Program-made: the position numbers and the translations under genes
Notes under the pieces: generated by a model
The model's input: the letters and a program-made list of their open reading frames with translations, nothing else
The model's database searches: none
What the model was told of the DNA's origin: nothing
Part shown: positions 9,748-18,657 of the stretch, one piece after another
Layout: every line of letters begins with the position of its first letter
How positions within the stretch are numbered: position 1 is the stretch's first letter
Virus record (IMG/VR): IMGVR_UViG_3300031519_008107
Location: 1 to 64,000 of that record
Strand: one strand, 5' to 3'
Length of the DNA: 64,000 nucleotides
Source: a virus

Positions 9748-10935
9748 ATGCCATTACCGAAGCCAAATAAAGGCGAAAAACGTCAAGATTTTCTTGGTCG
9801 ATGCATGTCTGATGACAAAGCCAAAGAAGAAATGCAGCCTGAACAAAGAGTCTCCTACTGTCTCTCTCAAATACAAGCAACGACAATGGCTGAGAAGGTT
9901 CATGACGAACTACTAAAATCTAAAGCGGAATATGACGAGGCTTGGAATGAATGGGTATACGACATGCAGATCGAAGATGTCTATAATGAATACGATAAAA
10001 TGATTGCAAAAGAGAAGAAGAAGGTGAAACTTAATAAACCTTTTAGAACTCCTGATGGGCCAAAAAAGTTTAGCGTATATGTTAACAATGAGAAAGGTAA
10101 TGTAGTCAAAGTAAATTTTGGTGATCCTAATATGGAAATTAGGAGAGATGATGACGCACGAAGAAAAAGTTTTAGAGCAAGACATAAGTGTGATACTAAC
10201 CCCGGACCAAAATATAAGGCTCGATATTGGAGTTGTAAGTTTTGGGAAAAGAATAGTCCTGTAACTAAACTAACTTCTGCTGACGAAGAATCCAAAAAAA
10301 AAACAGACATAAATGATGTAGTTTATGACAAATCTTTAGATAAAGACTACACTAAGGAAACAGTATCTCATTTAGTTACAGTCGATTGGAAGAAAATTAT
10401 CTCAGACCCTCCAAAAAATGATAGTGTGCAGACAAGAGAAGAGTCAAAACTAATATCTAAAAGGTCTCAGAGTAGAACTGCCACAGAAGTTAAAGAGATT
10501 CTATTGAATGATGAAGATCCTTTTAATATATTCATACCTTTTCTGACAGAAAATAAATTAAAGTTTGACAAAAAAGAATTTAAAACGTATGAGAGAATAA
10601 TAGATCATGTGTTCGCTTTGCTAAAAAGAGTACACAATAGGCCGAGACCATCACAATTAACGGAATATTTAGATGTAGAGATAGATGTTCTAGAAACAAA
10701 AACCCATCACACACCCTCTTATCCTAGTGGACATGCTGCGTATGGATATCTTATAGCAGAACTTTTATCAGACAAATATCCTCAACACAAAAAAGAGTTA
10801 ATGAAACTTGCAGATAAGACAGGGTTTTTGAGAGTGCTGCAAGGTGTTCATTATCCCTCAGACTCTATGGCTTCCAATCAATTAGTAAGAACGCTGTATA
10901 ACAACATCAAATCTAACATGAGGGAAAAAACTTAA
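9748..10935 (+). CDS. multidomain protein: two small viral domains fused to a PAP2/vanadium-haloperoxidase-fold phosphatase
   Basis: K-x6-RP (KRVHNRPRP), YPSGH, R-x5-H-x3-D (RVLQGVHYPSD); N-terminal MPLPKP..DF..RCM and RRKSFRARHKC..ARYWSC domains. Confidence 0.8.
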   Translation: MPLPKPNKGEKRQDFLGRCMSDDKAKEEMQPEQRVSYCLSQIQATTMAEKVHDELLKSKAEYDEAWNEWVYDMQIEDVYNEYDKMIAKEKKKVKLNKPFRTPDGPKKFSVYVNNEKGNVVKVNFGDPNMEIRRDDDARRKSFRARHKCDTNPGPKYKARYWSCKFWEKNSPVTKLTSADEESKKKTDINDVVYDKSLDKDYTKETVSHLVTVDWKKIISDPPKNDSVQTREESKLISKRSQSRTATEVKEILLNDEDPFNIFIPFLTENKLKFDKKEFKTYERIIDHVFALLKRVHNRPRPSQLTEYLDVEIDVLETKTHHTPSYPSGHAAYGYLIAELLSDKYPQHKKELMKLADKTGFLRVLQGVHYPSDSMASNQLVRTLYNNIKSNMREKT

Positions 10936-10942
10936 AGACCCA

Positions 10943-10971
10943 TTGACAACAATGACGATATAAGGTATAAT
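10943..10971 (+). promoter_or_regulatory. consensus sigma70 promoter TTGACA-17-TATAAT
   Basis: Perfect consensus hexamers at 10943-10948 and 10966-10971. Confidence 0.88.
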
Positions 10972-11010
10972 ACAGCAGTTAGACCTTTGGAACTTGTACT
11001 AGGAGAAAAA

Positions 11011-11595
11011 ATGGAAAACAAACTAGAAGACTTGGCGTTCTATACTAAACTTGCAAAGAAAACTATTTCATCCTTTGCTAATAATATTTACTCTGGTCTT
11101 AGCCAGCAAATGCTAGCTAATGATGAAACTGTAGGTGATGTTGCCAATGCTATAATGATTGGTGATTGGCGATGGGATAAGAATCGTAAAGGCAAAACAG
11201 GTAAGTCAAAAACGAGATATTCATATCGTAATCAATGTGCTATATGGGCCATCCAAACTTATGCTACTAAGAAGTATAAGAAAAAGAAGGTGCAAAGTTT
11301 AGATTTTTCTAAGACTCCCGATGATAATGACATTAAAGACCACATTGCTGGTAGAGAGAGCGACCCTTGCTCTATTTTGATTGAATCTGAGACTAATAAT
11401 AATATTAAGAGTTATTTAGGTCAAATCTTAAATTCTGATATTATAACATCCAGACAAAGACAGTTCATCAAAATGTATTACTATGACAGTAGAACACTTG
11501 AAAGTATTGGTAAAGAGTTTAGTATAACAAAAGAGGCTGTTAGGCAAAATATTAAAAAGGCTATTAATAATATTAAAAATGTTATCATTACTTAA
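11011..11595 (+). CDS. phage-encoded sigma70-family RNA polymerase sigma factor
   Basis: Region 4 HTH TLESIGKEFSITKEAVRQ; region-2-like WD..R.....YSYRNQCAIWAI; AGGAG before ATG 11011. Confidence 0.85.
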   Translation: MENKLEDLAFYTKLAKKTISSFANNIYSGLSQQMLANDETVGDVANAIMIGDWRWDKNRKGKTGKSKTRYSYRNQCAIWAIQTYATKKYKKKKVQSLDFSKTPDDNDIKDHIAGRESDPCSILIESETNNNIKSYLGQILNSDIITSRQRQFIKMYYYDSRTLESIGKEFSITKEAVRQNIKKAINNIKNVIIT

Positions 11596-11935
11596 TTACT
11601 TTTATCCTAAAAATCCAGACAAAGAATCAAGATGTAAACTGTCGTTTACTTTACAAAGAGACGATAAGGTTTACATAGAATCTGAGTGGGATGATACGGA
11701 ACCCGAAACTGCACACAAATTAGCTAAATTATGTTTTTTGGTACATAGTGGTCATTTTAGTGTTCAGCTAATTAAAATGTTGGAAGAACAGGGAGTAAAT
11801 AATGTTAAAGACGCTCCCTTTATTACAGAGTTGCTGTTAACTTGGCAGTCATATCAAGATCTTGTGGACAACCCACAAGTTTCAGATTTAGTAGTAAAAC
11901 CAACAGATTTTATAAAACATGTTAATAAACCGTAA
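11579..11935 (+). CDS. hypothetical protein
   Basis: 118-aa coupled ORF. Confidence 0.7.
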   Translation: MLSLLNYFYPKNPDKESRCKLSFTLQRDDKVYIESEWDDTEPETAHKLAKLCFLVHSGHFSVQLIKMLEEQGVNNVKDAPFITELLLTWQSYQDLVDNPQVSDLVVKPTDFIKHVNKP

Positions 11936-12326
11936 AATTATATGGGAAAAATGGGAAGACCCTTTTATTTTCCCTGAGTTAAAAGAACAAGAGACAACCG
12001 ATAGTGATTATTCAGAATATGAATCGGAATACGAAGATCAAGAGGAAGAAATAGAGGCTATAGAAAATGATGCTATAATTTTATATTCATCTATGGGTGT
12101 GATTCCTTATAACGAAAAAACTCCTTCCAGTAAAATTTTTAACTTCTGGATAGGACACACCAATTTTGATATCACTAATAGCGTACAAGAATTAATATCT
12201 GCCGTGACAGGTGTTGAGATATTAGATGTTTTTACAAGATATCGTTTCAGGATTGCTGTTGCCAAAGCATTCAAAGACAGAAATGTTATGAATGATATAT
12301 CCACAGCTATTTCAGATATAGGGTGA
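11919..12326 (+). CDS. hypothetical protein with acidic tract
   Basis: 135-aa ORF; FWIGHTNFDIT...GVE.L...TRYRFRI. Confidence 0.7.
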   Translation: MLINRKIIWEKWEDPFIFPELKEQETTDSDYSEYESEYEDQEEEIEAIENDAIILYSSMGVIPYNEKTPSSKIFNFWIGHTNFDITNSVQELISAVTGVEILDVFTRYRFRIAVAKAFKDRNVMNDISTAISDIG

Positions 12327-12329
12327 TCA

Positions 12330-12941
12330 ATGGAACTACAAGATTTTCACGGGTTCAATATCAACCCTAAATATAGAGAAGTATTTCTCCATAATTTTTT
12401 TGGTAACGACGACCAAAATCAAGGTGTGGAATTTAAGATGGCTAATGTATTTTTAAAAAATATCAAGTTTTTAGAAGCAATATCCTGTGATCCCATTACC
12501 GTTTATATGAATAGTATAGGGGGAGAATGGTCTGACGGTATGACTATATACGATACTGTTAAATTATCTAAATCATATATTACTATGGTGGTTTACGGTC
12601 AAGCAGAAAGTATGAGTAGTATTATATTGCAGGCGGCTGATTTTCGTCTCTTATCTCCCAATGCTTACTTCATGCCTCACTATGGTTCAAGTGATGCTAC
12701 TGGTGACTACTTAAATGTTCAAAATTGGGTAAAGTTTGAAAAGCGTATATGTGATATTATGTTTAATATTTATTCTCAACGCTGTTATAAAGGTAGATAT
12801 TTTAAAGATAAGTTTGGTGGAACAAAAGAAACAGTAACTAAAGTTAATACTTGGCTCAGGAAAAAGATGAAAGATGGAGATTGGTATATGGATGCTTCGG
12901 AAGCTATTCATTATGGATTCGCTGATAAGATATTAGATTAA
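12330..12941 (+). CDS. clpP: ClpP-like (S14) protease
   Basis: YMNSIGG, AESM (Ser), FMPH (His), DWYM...EA..YG..D. Confidence 0.85.
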   Translation: MELQDFHGFNINPKYREVFLHNFFGNDDQNQGVEFKMANVFLKNIKFLEAISCDPITVYMNSIGGEWSDGMTIYDTVKLSKSYITMVVYGQAESMSSIILQAADFRLLSPNAYFMPHYGSSDATGDYLNVQNWVKFEKRICDIMFNIYSQRCYKGRYFKDKFGGTKETVTKVNTWLRKKMKDGDWYMDASEAIHYGFADKILD

Positions 12942-12957
12942 TAAAATCTCCCTAGTA

Positions 12958-12967
12958 GTGTATATAA
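12958..12967 (+). promoter_or_regulatory. putative phage-specific promoter GTGTATATAA
   Basis: GTGTAT motif 30 nt before ATG 12988. Confidence 0.6.
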
Positions 12968-12987
12968 ATATACATAAGGGTTAAAAT

Positions 12988-13638
12988 ATGAAAATAGAAT
13001 ACGCATTACACGATATAGAATCTAACGACAAAGTCTTTAAAAAGACATTGTTAGATGTTTTAGAATATCCAATACAGCAAGTCAGTGTATTGCCGCAGCA
13101 TCTAAAAATAACTAAGAAACTACTGCCTAAACATATTCATTTATCATCACCTATTGATTTCCCTTTTGGTATAAATAGTGATAAAATTAGACAAGAAATG
13201 ATACAGTCAGCTATAGATGAAGGCGTTGATTCTGTTGAAATAGTAGCACCTAACAGAATGCTATGTAATAGAAACTATACTCAGATTCAGAATGAAATAG
13301 CTGCCCAGTTCAATAAGTGTGTAGAAAATATGATTGATATATCTTACACTTTAGAGTATCGTAGGTTTTCCTTTACTGCACTAGCAAGAATAGCTAAGTC
13401 ACTGCATAATAATTCTATATTTAAATTCTATGTCTCTTCCGGTAACAAACTGGACAATATTCACGACCACCTTATAGCTATGGATGTGTTGCAAAAAGAA
13501 GCTACTGAAGCTACCATACCATATAATGGGAATTTGTGGTTAAAAGAGCATCTAGATTTACTATACGAATCCAAGGTAAAATCTATCAGATCTAGAACTT
13601 TAAATGCTTTAGATATTATTTTCAATAAAATCACTTAG
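12988..13638 (+). CDS. degenerate deoxyribose-phosphate aldolase (DeoC)-like TIM barrel
   Basis: IDFPFG, AIDEGVDSVEIV; catalytic lysines not evident. Confidence 0.65.
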   Translation: MKIEYALHDIESNDKVFKKTLLDVLEYPIQQVSVLPQHLKITKKLLPKHIHLSSPIDFPFGINSDKIRQEMIQSAIDEGVDSVEIVAPNRMLCNRNYTQIQNEIAAQFNKCVENMIDISYTLEYRRFSFTALARIAKSLHNNSIFKFYVSSGNKLDNIHDHLIAMDVLQKEATEATIPYNGNLWLKEHLDLLYESKVKSIRSRTLNALDIIFNKIT

Positions 13639-13652
13639 TTTTCTTTTTTTTG

Positions 13653-13662
13653 GGGTATTTAA
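13653..13662 (+). promoter_or_regulatory. variant phage promoter GGGTATTTAA
   Basis: One mismatch to the GTGTAT motif, in the gap before ATG 13702. Confidence 0.4.
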
Positions 13663-13701
13663 AGATAAGTTTCTACTAAACGCGCAAAATGGAGAAAAAA
13701 C

Positions 13702-14223
13702 ATGGCCGTAATCCAAGTAGCCGGTGGAGGGGCTGTTACCTCAACCAGTACAGATAATAATGGATCAGCAATCGCAGGTCTAAGAGCAGATCAAAACAAT
13801 GCTAAAAACGTTACTCTTGCAAGGACTCAGCCTACTATTGCTGGCTCTAGAGTAACATCTAATTTAAGTGCAGTTACATCTGGCGTAAGTGCTGGAGTTG
13901 CTCTTGATAATGATCGTGGTGTAATCCTTCAGGTGAATGATACTGTTGCAGGTCTTGCAACATCACCAGCAGGTTTCTTACGATTTGCTGGTCAAGCTGC
14001 CCAAGACAGTACACTTCATAAAGTCGAATCAATTACTATTACTGATAGAACTAGCAGTATTCGCAGAGGTGAATGGAATGCTTACAGTGGTGCATTTAGC
14101 CCAGCAACTGCCAATGTTACTATGAGCCTTGGTGCTGATAGTGGTGTTCTTACTAGTGGTCCTACCTACTTGTTTGGTGGAGCCCTTCCGTTAAATGATG
14201 ACTATGAAGCTAAAACTACATAA
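13702..14223 (+). CDS. Ala/Gly/Ser/Thr-rich putative virion protein
   Basis: Composition, GGAG RBS, downstream terminator hairpin. Confidence 0.6.
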   Translation: MAVIQVAGGGAVTSTSTDNNGSAIAGLRADQNNAKNVTLARTQPTIAGSRVTSNLSAVTSGVSAGVALDNDRGVILQVNDTVAGLATSPAGFLRFAGQAAQDSTLHKVESITITDRTSSIRRGEWNAYSGAFSPATANVTMSLGADSGVLTSGPTYLFGGALPLNDDYEAKTT

Positions 14224-14264
14224 TATTGTAACATGTTTTTTTGATTGTGCGATTTATTAAATCT

Positions 14265-14295
14265 ATAAGCCAATGTCTATCATTGGCTTATTTTA
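14265..14295 (+). terminator. intrinsic terminator hairpin
   Basis: Perfect 11-bp stem ATAAGCCAATG-TCTAT-CATTGGCTTAT followed by a short T run. Confidence 0.7.
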
Positions 14296-14314
14296 TATTA
14301 TGAAAGGTTAAATA

Positions 14315-14623
14315 ATGGACGACCTATTGAAACATCTATTACCAGAGTGGATAAGTTTAGCGATTGTCCTATTTGGCATATGGGTTAGCATTGGGCGAAA
14401 TTTAGTTACAAAATCAGAAGTGGAAAAAATGATCCAATGTCTTTCTCCATACAATTTAGACAAACAATTTATATATGAGAGATTAGATATGAATAAAGAA
14501 ATGCAAGAACAGTTTGCAGACGCACTACAACGAAATACAGAAGTAATGACTGATTTAAAAATACAGATTGCGACTTTAAGCAAAACCTTAGAGACAATAG
14601 AGCGTAATAACATTAAGCACTAA
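14315..14623 (+). CDS. single-TM coiled-coil membrane protein
   Basis: N-terminal TM helix plus heptad C-terminus. Confidence 0.65.
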   Translation: MDDLLKHLLPEWISLAIVLFGIWVSIGRNLVTKSEVEKMIQCLSPYNLDKQFIYERLDMNKEMQEQFADALQRNTEVMTDLKIQIATLSKTLETIERNNIKH

Positions 14624-14634
14624 AAGGAAAAAAG

Positions 14635-14841
14635 ATGGGATATTTTGAAAATATTTATAAAAACATTATGAAAGACGGTATTAATGCTGAGTATAATCCC
14701 AACTTAGAGGGGGGTGATTACTTTAAAATCGCAGGATATGACCCATCTGGCCATTTTGCGGAAGTTCGAGTAACAGGCAGCATTGGTCATGTTTACCATA
14801 ATGGGGGTAATTTTTATTTAAGAGTTAGACCTTCAGGCTAA
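14635..14841 (+). CDS. hypothetical protein
   Basis: AAGGA RBS, 68 aa. Confidence 0.6.
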   Translation: MGYFENIYKNIMKDGINAEYNPNLEGGDYFKIAGYDPSGHFAEVRVTGSIGHVYHNGGNFYLRVRPSG

Positions 14842-14844
14842 AAG

Positions 14845-14854
14845 GTGTATAATA
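14845..14854 (+). promoter_or_regulatory. putative phage-specific promoter GTGTATAATA
   Basis: GTGTAT motif 43 nt before ATG 14888. Confidence 0.6.
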
Positions 14855-14887
14855 TACTAGAATTACATAATCATTAGGGAGTAAATA

Positions 14888-15118
14888 ATGGCAATTAACA
14901 CGACAGATGTTTTAACTTCAGCAGTATCAACAACAGACACACCTAAAAACGGAACAATCGTAGTAAGTGTTTCTCCTGTTTTGGGCAGTATTAAGACTAA
15001 TGATGACCATGTGATTAGCACACCTATTCATAGTGGTGTTCAAACAGCGTACACAACCAGATTTGATGAGGTTGCTTATTATAGCACGCCCAGCGGTATT
15101 AGTGGCGGCGGTGCATAA
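14888..15118 (+). CDS. small Ser/Thr-rich putative virion protein
   Basis: N-terminus resembles the 13702 protein; GGAG RBS. Confidence 0.6.
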   Translation: MAINTTDVLTSAVSTTDTPKNGTIVVSVSPVLGSIKTNDDHVISTPIHSGVQTAYTTRFDEVAYYSTPSGISGGGA

Positions 15119-15450
15119 TGAAACCGGGTTACAGAACAACCGAGTTTTGGTTTACCCTAGCGACATTTATAGTCAGCGGATTGTTTTTATTAGGGCTTTT
15201 TAGAAACGAGTCTCAAAGAGACGAGCTTGTTGTTATTATCAGTCATGTTATTGAGAGTGTGTTTTTAATTGCTGGGCAAGCAGCAATATTTTTAAAGTAT
15301 ATGCAAGGACGCAGAGAAGAGAAATTAATTAGAGTATACAATGAGGTAGAACATAATGATTCCAACGCATCTTTTAAACGAAGACCCACAAGTTCGGACG
15401 ACAAAAGAGTTGATCCGGCAAGAAGTCCTAAAACTAATTACAGAGGTTAA
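15118..15450 (+). CDS. holin-like two-TM protein
   Basis: MKPGYRTTEFW start, two TM helices, charged tail. Confidence 0.55.
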   Translation: MKPGYRTTEFWFTLATFIVSGLFLLGLFRNESQRDELVVIISHVIESVFLIAGQAAIFLKYMQGRREEKLIRVYNEVEHNDSNASFKRRPTSSDDKRVDPARSPKTNYRG

Positions 15451-15844
15451 ACTATCTCTTAAAGACGTAAAACGCTTTGCTATTTCAGAAGCGTGGAAAA
15501 TTTTACAATTAGTGGTTGCTGTTGTCGTTCAAATTATTGAAGAACTTGGAGAGAATCTAAGCGGGCCTGAAAAGAAAAAAGTTGCCCTAGAAGTGATAGA
15601 AAACTTTTATGATACCGTATTAGGTTCTATTGATATTCCCGGTATACCAAGTTTTATGGAACCAATGTTTCATAACAGTGTAAAAAGTTTTATGATGATA
15701 TTTGTTGGAGCTAGTATAGATGCTATGGTTGCAACTTTTAGAAATGTTGGAGTTTTTAAATCAAAATACATAGACGGTCAATCAACAGAAAATAACCCAG
15801 TAGATAAATTATTAGATGATATATCTAGAATAGTAAGGAAATAA
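15356..15844 (+). CDS. hypothetical protein
   Basis: 162 aa; SGPEKK motif and amphipathic helices. Confidence 0.65.
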   Translation: MIPTHLLNEDPQVRTTKELIRQEVLKLITEVKLSLKDVKRFAISEAWKILQLVVAVVVQIIEELGENLSGPEKKKVALEVIENFYDTVLGSIDIPGIPSFMEPMFHNSVKSFMMIFVGASIDAMVATFRNVGVFKSKYIDGQSTENNPVDKLLDDISRIVRK

Positions 15845-15845
15845 C

Positions 15846-16196
15846 ATGAATTACTTTGAAGAATTTGCAAAAAATAGTACTAACTTAGATATTGCATTAT
15901 ATCTAGGTCTCTTAATTGTTGGTTATGTTTTATTTAAGGATAAAATTCCAGCAGTTACAGAATATATTTCTAAAATTGTAAAACAAATAACAACCAAGAA
16001 AGCTGTTGTCGTAGATAATGAAATTATTACGATAGAAGAAGTCAGAGACGAAGACGCTAAATTGTTTTTTGATCTTGTTAAAAGTTGGAAAACAACTAAA
16101 GATTTAGCTGAAGATTACGGAGCGACCAGAGCTGTAGAAATTGCTGACGAAATGTTCCCTCACTTAGTACCAACGGAAGATGTTAATGATGAGTAA
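15846..16196 (+). CDS. membrane-anchored hypothetical protein
   Basis: N-terminal TM helix. Confidence 0.65.
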   Translation: MNYFEEFAKNSTNLDIALYLGLLIVGYVLFKDKIPAVTEYISKIVKQITTKKAVVVDNEIITIEEVRDEDAKLFFDLVKSWKTTKDLAEDYGATRAVEIADEMFPHLVPTEDVNDE

Positions 16197-16692
16197 AGAA
16201 AAAATTCTTTTAATTGTAGGCTTTGTTCTTATAGGATGTTCTGTTTTTAAACCTGTACTGAATAATTGGTCACCGATCAACCCCTCCCCGATTTCTGTTG
16301 TAACAGTCGATATTGATGCTCCTACAGATCCTGAATTACGAAAGCTAGCTGAAGTCGTAAAAGACTGTTTGTTGAATAGTAATTCAAACACAAGGAAAAC
16401 AGATGCTCTTTTATTATCAGGTCTATACAGAGATGTTTGTAAAGTTATAAGTATAGAGAATAACGACAAAGTAATTATTAACACTGAAACTATTCGTCAA
16501 ATTAATATTTTGTCAGGATATATGTTGAACTTAGATATTAAAGATAAATATAAAGGTTTAGGCAAAGCAGCAGAAGACCTATTAGTATCTACTATAGGTA
16601 ACGAAAATAAAAGTATGACTGAAGAACTAAGGCAAAAAAGCATAGATTGCTTTCAAGCTTTATCATGGGCCTGTTTAGAGGGAAGCAAATAA
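16180..16692 (+). CDS. exported/lipoprotein-like protein
   Basis: Hydrophobic signal ending VLIGC, Pro-rich linker. Confidence 0.6.
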   Translation: MLMMSKEKILLIVGFVLIGCSVFKPVLNNWSPINPSPISVVTVDIDAPTDPELRKLAEVVKDCLLNSNSNTRKTDALLLSGLYRDVCKVISIENNDKVIINTETIRQINILSGYMLNLDIKDKYKGLGKAAEDLLVSTIGNENKSMTEELRQKSIDCFQALSWACLEGSK

Positions 16693-17618
16693 TGCCACGA
16701 TATACTCCTAGTACATTAAACAGAATGTATGACCAAGGTTTTTCTGGGGCTATTTGGGAGCAGGAACACTTTGATGAATTTGTTTCTACTTTAAAATATC
16801 CTTTGTTTGGTGATGCTGATTCTATGATTAGGAATAGCGGTAAAGGTCAATTAAGCACACCATTTAAAAGTGTATTAAAATTTGACCCAAAAGCTTATGA
16901 AGAAAGACAAACCACAGGAGATTGCGTGAGTCATTCTACTCGTAACGGATCTGATTTGAGTAGAGCTGTTGAAATTCATGTTAAGGGTGAAAGTGAAGGA
17001 TGGGTTACTCGCGGTGCTACTGAAGCTATTTATGGTTGCAGAGGTCATGGTGGTCAGGGTATGAGTTGTAGTAGAGCAACACAATTTGTGAGCAAAATGG
17101 GTGGGATTGTTTTAAGAAAAAATTATCCCGGTATTGCTGATCTAAGTAAATATAAAAGTTCTATTGGTACTAAATGGGGAACAAGAGGCGTACCCGAATC
17201 GTTAAAGAAAATTGCTGATGATAATCAAGTTAAAACTACTTCACTAATTAAAACTGTAGATCAAGCAAGAGATGCCTTAGCTAATGGGTATGGTATAAGT
17301 GTATGTAGTGGTTATGGATTTTCTAATAATAGAGACTCTAAGGGATTTGCGAGAAAAAGTGGGTCATGGAATCACGCTATGTGCTGGACGGCTTGTGACG
17401 ATACAGGTAGCGAACCAGCATTTCTAGTACAAAATAGCTGGGGTAAATGGAACTCTGGAGGACATCCAGCATGGGGTCCTATTCCAGATGGTAGTTTTTT
17501 AATACACGCAGATATAGCCGCCAGTATGCTCAGAGGCAGTGGTGCTTATGCGTATAGTAATGTAGATGGTTTTCCTCCTCAGAAACTTCCTAATTACGGA
17601 TTTGAGAGTTACCTATGA
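16692..17618 (+). CDS. papain-like C1 cysteine peptidase
   Basis: Q..GDCV (Cys), WNHAM (His), QNSWG (Asn), GSF. Confidence 0.88.
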   Translation: MPRYTPSTLNRMYDQGFSGAIWEQEHFDEFVSTLKYPLFGDADSMIRNSGKGQLSTPFKSVLKFDPKAYEERQTTGDCVSHSTRNGSDLSRAVEIHVKGESEGWVTRGATEAIYGCRGHGGQGMSCSRATQFVSKMGGIVLRKNYPGIADLSKYKSSIGTKWGTRGVPESLKKIADDNQVKTTSLIKTVDQARDALANGYGISVCSGYGFSNNRDSKGFARKSGSWNHAMCWTACDDTGSEPAFLVQNSWGKWNSGGHPAWGPIPDGSFLIHADIAASMLRGSGAYAYSNVDGFPPQKLPNYGFESYL

Positions 17619-17800
17619 CAGATAATAAAGATGGTAAATATAAAGGTTTCTTAGACATGCTAGCTATTAACGCCTTAGTGAAAACTATCACTAACTTTAT
17701 AATGGCTATAATTAAAGTATTTAATCCTAACATAAACATAGTAGAACCTAGAAAAAAGAAGACACCATTAAAAGATTTACTTGATAGGTGGTTCAAATGA
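17615..17800 (+). CDS. hypothetical small protein
   Basis: ATGA overlaps on both sides. Confidence 0.55.
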   Translation: MTDNKDGKYKGFLDMLAINALVKTITNFIMAIIKVFNPNINIVEPRKKKTPLKDLLDRWFK

Positions 17801-18051
17801 TTAATACTAAAATATTATTAGCTATTCTTGGCATGAGTCTTATTATGTCTACAAGCGTTTACCGGCCTGTTACAGCTATTGTTACTATAGCAGCAGCTTC
17901 AGTAAAAGCAAGTATAGTGCCTCTCGTGCAAAAACACAAAAGAAAAGACTGTCCTATTTGTAAAGGCAAGGGATGGTATATTAGTGGTGATGGTATCGCC
18001 AAAGTAGATTGTGGTTACTGTGAAGAAACAACAGAAGTTGAATATCGATGA
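17797..18051 (+). CDS. exported protein with DnaJ-type zinc-finger motif
   Basis: Signal peptide; CPICKGKG....GDG....CGYC. Confidence 0.65.
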   Translation: MINTKILLAILGMSLIMSTSVYRPVTAIVTIAAASVKASIVPLVQKHKRKDCPICKGKGWYISGDGIAKVDCGYCEETTEVEYR

Positions 18052-18416
18052 ATAATGATTTAAAAAATATAGCAAGAAAAGTTCTTGGCGAAACAAGGAT
18101 ACCAGAAAATGAAAAGTTTGGTAGTATAATAGCTTTATTGATGGTTATTAGCATTTGCATAACTGCCATTAGAGTTGTTCAAGAATGCAATAAAAGAAAT
18201 CAACGTTCAGATTCTGAAGATATATATACAGATATAAAAGACTTTTGCCATCAAAGGACTTTAGCCAAATGGAGATTACGCAAAGAAATGCGAAAAGCCA
18301 TGAGTAGAGAACAATACAAAAAATATAGGTGTGAATTGGAGTCCGCCATTCTTAACGTAGGGAATCAAATATCACTTTCAGAAACCAATGCTTTACTGGA
18401 GGCAACAAATGATTAG
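18048..18416 (+). CDS. single-TM hypothetical protein
   Basis: TM segment IIALLMVISICITAI. Confidence 0.65.
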   Translation: MNNDLKNIARKVLGETRIPENEKFGSIIALLMVISICITAIRVVQECNKRNQRSDSEDIYTDIKDFCHQRTLAKWRLRKEMRKAMSREQYKKYRCELESAILNVGNQISLSETNALLEATND

Positions 18417-18654
18417 TATATTAGTATGGTGCGTTTATGGTGTAGTCGTAGGCTCAATCGCTAAGACAGTAGTTCCCGGCGAAGAAAAAATGGGGTTCGT
18501 TCAAACCGTAGCACTTGGCGTTGTTGGTTCATATATGGGTGGTGCTGCAAATTACTTACTAGGATTTGATGGTGCCTTCGGACCAACTGGTATTTTCATG
18601 GGAGCCGCTGGCGCAGTACTAGCGTTAGTAGCATATAATAAATTACAAAAATAA
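18409..18654 (+). CDS. GlsB/YeaQ/YmgE (transglycosylase-associated) membrane protein
   Basis: W..YG.VVG.IAK..VPG....G...T..LG.VGS..GG pattern. Confidence 0.85.
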   Translation: MISILVWCVYGVVVGSIAKTVVPGEEKMGFVQTVALGVVGSYMGGAANYLLGFDGAFGPTGIFMGAAGAVLALVAYNKLQK

Positions 18655-18657
18655 AAT

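Noticed and set aside
12330-12941. ClpP as prohead protease marking a head module
   Set aside because: No portal, terminase or major capsid gene is recognisable nearby
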